DNA of 64,000 nucleotides, taken from an uncultured delta proteobacterium (GTDB lineage: Bacteria; Desulfobacterota; Zymogenia; Zymogenales; Zymogenaceae). Below, piece after piece: positions 59,682 to 64,000 of the stretch (positions within the stretch are counted from its first letter, which is position 1; every line of letters starts with the position of its first letter). Under the pieces are notes generated by a model that saw only the letters and a program-made list of their open reading frames with translations, made no database searches and was not told the DNA's origin. The stretch covers positions 576,001-640,000 of the forward strand of contig CAVTLK010000001.1 of NCBI GenBank assembly GCA_963735595.1, read 5' to 3'. A program made the translations under genes and the position numbers.

Positions 59682-60491
59682 CTACTCCGTTTCTCCCCTG
59701 TATTTTATCAGCATCCGCTTTTCCACCGCCCGCTTGGCGATCCGCGCAAGGCCAAACAGGTCAAACGGCTTTTCAATATAGTCGTAAGCCCCGAGCCGCA
59801 CCGCGGTTATGGCCGAGCTCTTGTCCGCGTTGCCCGTAGCTATTATCACCTGGGATTCGGGGGATATCGCCTTCACGTGTCTGAGTACCTCAATTCCGTT
59901 GGCTTTCGGCATTACGATATCGACAATCACAAGATCGTGCCTGACCTCATTGAATTTCGCTATCGCTTCCTGCCCGTCGCGCGCCGTATCCAGAGAAGTA
60001 AACCCCTCTCCGCCCAGGCATTCAGTGACTATTTTAACGATTTCGTCCTCGTCGTCGGCAATCAGGATACGCGCCCCTTTCATCTTCTCCATGTCAAGCC
60101 CGTGTGGATTGTCGTAGATGAACTCGATGGGGCCTTTTACCAGTTCATAGGCCTTATTAATCTCTTCGAGCTGTTCTATCGTGATCGGCTTGGTAACGCT
60201 GGCATATACGCCCTTCTTCAATGTTGATTCCGACAACCGCTGCACCGCGTTTCCGGAAAGGATTACCGCCGATATCGTTGGGTCTATGTCCCGCATTTTT
60301 TTCAGCGTTTCGTATCCGTCTATTCCCGGCATGACAACGTCGACATAGGCAAGGTCAACCCCATGATCTCTGACATAATCAATCGCGTCATATCCGTTTG
60401 CGACGGCTACCACGGTCTGACCCGAGAGTTCAAGGGCCTCTTTAAGGTACTCCCTGATTGCGGGATCATCATCCACGACTAGAATCTTCAT
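59682..60491 (-). CDS. Double-REC response regulator with no output domain
   Basis: Two receiver domains, each with DD, D-x-x-MP and KP. Confidence 0.92.
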   Translation of the reverse strand: MKILVVDDDPAIREYLKEALELSGQTVVAVANGYDAIDYVRDHGVDLAYVDVVMPGIDGYETLKKMRDIDPTISAVILSGNAVQRLSESTLKKGVYASVTKPITIEQLEEINKAYELVKGPIEFIYDNPHGLDMEKMKGARILIADDEDEIVKIVTECLGGEGFTSLDTARDGQEAIAKFNEVRHDLVIVDIVMPKANGIEVLRHVKAISPESQVIIATGNADKSSAITAVRLGAYDYIEKPFDLFGLARIAKRAVEKRMLIKYRGETE

Positions 60492-60718
60492 CGATTACCC
60501 CTCCGTATTACCCGTTTTCACATACAACTAATCCTCGATCATGCTCCGTATCTTTTCCAACGAGGTTAGGCCAGCGCATACAATAAACCGGCGTCCCCAT
60601 ATCTACGTCATGTCAACGGCACGACGCGACAGGCCGTAAGGCCGGGGAGATCGGACGGACAGAAGCCGTTGCGTTTTCTATTTCGGTAACAGGCCCGCCG
60701 AGAAAACGCATGCGTCGC

Positions 60719-63238
60719 TCATCCGATGATTTCATCGACTGTCTTTAATAATACACCGATCTCAAACGGTTTTTCAATAAATCTGTTGCCGGCGAGAGTC
60801 AGGGTATTTTGCAGTTCTGTGTCAAGAGCACCGCCCGTGACATAAAGCACTTTCCCCACCAAGTTCGGACAGTGAGTCTCAATATAATAATAGAATCCCT
60901 CTCCGATGGTCGCTCCCGTTTTCGGATCGGAAATGACCAGATCGTATCGATTCTTCTCCAATTCCCCGATGGCCCTCTCGCAGCCGTCGCAGCGATCAAC
61001 GTGATATCCCTCGTTCGAAAGTGCTTCTGAGATCATTGGCGCCAACCCGTCATCACCATCTACCAGCAGTATCGATTTAGCGCGTCGTAATGCATCCTCT
61101 TGCACGGGATGCCCGCCATCGTGTAACTCCCTTCTTTCTGCTCTTTCCTCCGGCGCACGTATCGGCAGCATAATCGTAAACGTTGTTCCATTGCCCGGTT
61201 GGCTGTCTGCAGAAATCGTTCCGTTGTGCTCATTGATGATGCCGTAGGCCATGCTCAACCCGAGGCCGGTTCCTTCGCCGACCTCCTTTGTGGTGAAGAA
61301 GGGATCGAATATTCTCTTGAGGCGTTCTTCGCTGATACCCGGGCCGTTATCCTCGAATTCGATGACGATCTTACCCTCCTTCCGAGATGTTCTGACGGCG
61401 AGAGTGCCGCCCCCGTTTTCCACCATGGCGTCGCGCGCGTTGTTGATGACGTTGATAAACACCTGCCGAAGCTGGAACGGATCACAGAGGGTCTTGGGGA
61501 GGCCGTCGTCCAGCAACAGCCGCACGCCTATATTATTGGCCCCCATTTCGTATTCCCCGGACTTAACGGACTCCGCAATAATCTCGTTGATATCGGTCGG
61601 CCTTCGCTCCGGCTTACGCTCCCGCGCAAAAGCGAGCAATCCGCTGACTATGCGGGCCGACCTTTGCGACTCCCTGAAAACAACATTCAGTTTCTCCCGT
61701 ACCTCGTCCGGGATATCCTTTCTCATGAGCAGCTGGACGTTTCCGATGATCGACGTCAACGGGTTGTTTAATTCATGGGCGACGCCAGAGATCATCGTAC
61801 CGATACTCGACAGCTTCTCGGTCTGCAGGAGCCGCCGCTCCAGCACTCGTCGTTCCGTGACGTCCCTGACGCTCCCCTGAAAACCGACGATATTACCGTC
61901 TTTATCCTTTCTGGTGACGACGGTTACCTCGCCGTCGATTATTGTGCCGTCTTTCTTCCGTAATTTCAATTCATGGCCTTCCACGTATCCCTTCTGCGCT
62001 ACTATATCCCTGAATCTTTCTCGTTCGCCGGGTTGCGCATAAAAATCGCTGATATTCATGGTCCGGATCTCGTCGAGTGAGTATCCGAAAAAGTCCCTGA
62101 CGGCCTCGTTGTTATCGAGGATCTTTCCGTCAAGCGTGCTTATGAAGGTGAAGTCCCGCGAGGTCTCGAACACGCCCCTGAATTTCCCTTCGGATTCCGT
62201 TAACGCATCTTCGGCCCGTTTTCTCTCGGTGACGTCCTCAAAGATGGTGGCAAATTGCCCCGGCTCGGGGCGGAAGGCCGAGATCTTAAAATGCTTATCC
62301 AATAGAGGAAAATAGGTATCGAACGAGGCCGGCTGCCCGGTCGCCGATACTTCCGCATAAATATCCAGGTACGGCGCCGCATCCGCACCATAGAGGGTGG
62401 AGGCCGTTTCTCCGATAACATTCTCCCGTTTCAACCCGAGGATGGTCTCGTAGGCCGGGTTCACGTCCAATACTCGGTAGTCGATCGGCCGGCTGTCCGC
62501 GTCGTAGATGATCTCGTGGAGCGCCATCCCTTCCCGCATGGAATTGTACAGTGATGCGTAATTGTGTTCCTGCGTCTGAACGTCATGGGCCAGACGCTGG
62601 GTAACCATCAGTATCAGGGCAAACGTCAGGGCGATACTGAGCATTTGGAAAACGAGAATGTACATGACCTGAAGCGTCGGAAGCTCGAAAAAAGACGTGG
62701 CGCTCGGAATCGGCTTCAGCAGCAGGACAACGGCTCTTGTCAGCGCGACAAACGAGTAAAGGAAAAAGACGAGACCGACCCCCAGCGTGACGCGACGAAG
62801 CGAGAGATCCACGCGTCTCACCATGAGCCATGCGCATTGCAGCGTCAGGATAACCAGAGCGCCATTGATGATTATTGTCCTGATTTCTATGTCGGGCAAT
62901 CCGAGCGTGAAATAGGACATCAGACCGATAAAGACGACGACGAGGATATAGTTATGAGTCTGCGGCCGCTGTTTCTGGACGAAACGCTCTAATCCGATAT
63001 ATATGAATACAATGCCGATAATGATCATCGAGTTTGCTATGACGATCGAGATATAATCGGGGATAACGTTGCGGAGCGAAAGCAGAATGAACCCGGCCAT
63101 CTGCAGGATAAAGTCCATCAGCCAGAACGAAAGGCCCTCGTATCGTTTCCGGTTCCGATACCACAGCAGTGCAATGAACAGGGTAACCAGCGCATTGCTG
63201 ATAACACTGCTCAACAGGACCGTTTTCATGTCAAGCAT
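60719..63238 (-). CDS. 7TM + PAS hybrid histidine kinase with C-terminal REC
   Basis: Hydrophobic N-terminus, 2 PAS, GVAHELNNPL, DNGPG, FFTTK..GTGLGL. Confidence 0.93.
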   Translation of the reverse strand: MLDMKTVLLSSVISNALVTLFIALLWYRNRKRYEGLSFWLMDFILQMAGFILLSLRNVIPDYISIVIANSMIIIGIVFIYIGLERFVQKQRPQTHNYILVVVFIGLMSYFTLGLPDIEIRTIIINGALVILTLQCAWLMVRRVDLSLRRVTLGVGLVFFLYSFVALTRAVVLLLKPIPSATSFFELPTLQVMYILVFQMLSIALTFALILMVTQRLAHDVQTQEHNYASLYNSMREGMALHEIIYDADSRPIDYRVLDVNPAYETILGLKRENVIGETASTLYGADAAPYLDIYAEVSATGQPASFDTYFPLLDKHFKISAFRPEPGQFATIFEDVTERKRAEDALTESEGKFRGVFETSRDFTFISTLDGKILDNNEAVRDFFGYSLDEIRTMNISDFYAQPGERERFRDIVAQKGYVEGHELKLRKKDGTIIDGEVTVVTRKDKDGNIVGFQGSVRDVTERRVLERRLLQTEKLSSIGTMISGVAHELNNPLTSIIGNVQLLMRKDIPDEVREKLNVVFRESQRSARIVSGLLAFARERKPERRPTDINEIIAESVKSGEYEMGANNIGVRLLLDDGLPKTLCDPFQLRQVFINVINNARDAMVENGGGTLAVRTSRKEGKIVIEFEDNGPGISEERLKRIFDPFFTTKEVGEGTGLGLSMAYGIINEHNGTISADSQPGNGTTFTIMLPIRAPEERAERRELHDGGHPVQEDALRRAKSILLVDGDDGLAPMISEALSNEGYHVDRCDGCERAIGELEKNRYDLVISDPKTGATIGEGFYYYIETHCPNLVGKVLYVTGGALDTELQNTLTLAGNRFIEKPFEIGVLLKTVDEIIG

Positions 63239-63378
63239 GGCACGTTCCCTGAATTAAACGAATTAAATATCGTGTTCCATACGCGTTCTACGGCCCGCCG
63301 TCTCCTGCCGAAGGCCCTCGTAGCACCCCCGGTCTGCTATGGATGAAGACGACCGTATTATTTCGGTTTTTTCACATA

Positions 63379-64000
63379 TCATGTAGATACCAAATCGTTG
63401 AGCATAGCCACCAGGGCATCGACGTCAAAGGGTTTCTCGATAAACCGATTATTGGTGATCTGTAAGAACGACTGCGTATCTTTGCTCAGTACGTCGCCCG
63501 TTATGAAGATGACTTTTTCGGCGATCTCCGGATGATGCTTCTGGATGTACAGGTAGAGTTCCCTGCCGCCGATCCCCGGCATCTTGATGTCCGAGACGAC
63601 TGCGTCGAAGTGTCGTATCTCAAGGAGGCTGACGGCTTCCTCGCCGGTTGACGCGGTTTCGAGGAGGAACCCGGCCTCTGCCAGGGCGTCGGAGAGGAGG
63701 TTGCGCAGCGACGCCTCGTCCTCGACCACCAGCACTCCTTTTGCGCCGGGTGGCGCCTGTATGTGCGCCCTGATCTCTTCCCGGACGGTTTTCCCGCCCT
63801 CTATGAGCGGCAGCGTTATGGTGAATTTCGACCCCTTACCCGGTTTGCTGTGAACCTCTATTGTGCCGTTGTGCTCATGGATGATACCGTAGGCCATGCT
63901 GAGTCCGAGCCCGGTGCCCTTCCCGACGTCTTTGGTCGTGAAGAATGGGTCGAAGATCCTATTGATGAGATCGTTGGGAATGCCCGGCCCGTTGTCCTCG
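63379..64000 (-). CDS. Hybrid histidine kinase, C-terminal part (truncated by window edge)
   Basis: [25 protein letters not shown] read to the window end; REC domain. Confidence 0.9.
   Translation of the reverse strand, partial: EDNGPGIPNDLINRIFDPFFTTKDVGKGTGLGLSMAYGIIHEHNGTIEVHSKPGKGSKFTITLPLIEGGKTVREEIRAHIQAPPGAKGVLVVEDEASLRNLLSDALAEAGFLLETASTGEEAVSLLEIRHFDAVVSDIKMPGIGGRELYLYIQKHHPEIAEKVIFITGDVLSKDTQSFLQITNNRFIEKPFDVDALVAMLNDLVST

Noticed and set aside
45468..64000. Genomic island integrated at tRNA-Glu
   Set aside because: Accessory-type genes follow the tRNA, but I saw no integrase or duplicated tRNA 3' end in the window.

Overview
A moderately GC-rich bacterial chromosomal window that looks like an anaerobic deltaproteobacterium/Desulfobacterota. 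This is inferred from gene content only. It carries core clusters (ffs-dnaX-ybaB-recR, purM-purN, ffh-rpsP-khpA-rimM-trmD-SPOUT-rplS-ATPase-rnhB-yraN), five tRNAs and SRP RNA. Metabolic genes include a 2-oxoacid:ferredoxin oxidoreductase, an ADP-forming acyl-CoA synthetase, a corrinoid/methyl-THF pair and an acyl-CoA ligase. There is also an ArnT-like envelope glycosylation cassette and a large phosphorelay cluster at the right end. About a dozen genes, including dnaX and rimM, are broken by small indels, which most likely reflects assembly error. The best signals absent from the ORF track are: (1) a 71-aa glutaredoxin-like protein with two in-frame UGA codons, each followed by a SECIS-like hairpin, i.e. 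a probable double selenoprotein (27681-27896); (2) a ~215-nt promoter-to-terminator non-coding unit with six GGCAGG repeats (36040-36257); (3) a 49-aa membrane microprotein (4005-4154). Also notable are a VanZ-like/ferritin-like/receiver fusion protein and a possible galacturonic-acid (Rgt-like) envelope modification pathway. No CRISPR array, rRNA, transposase or prophage was seen.
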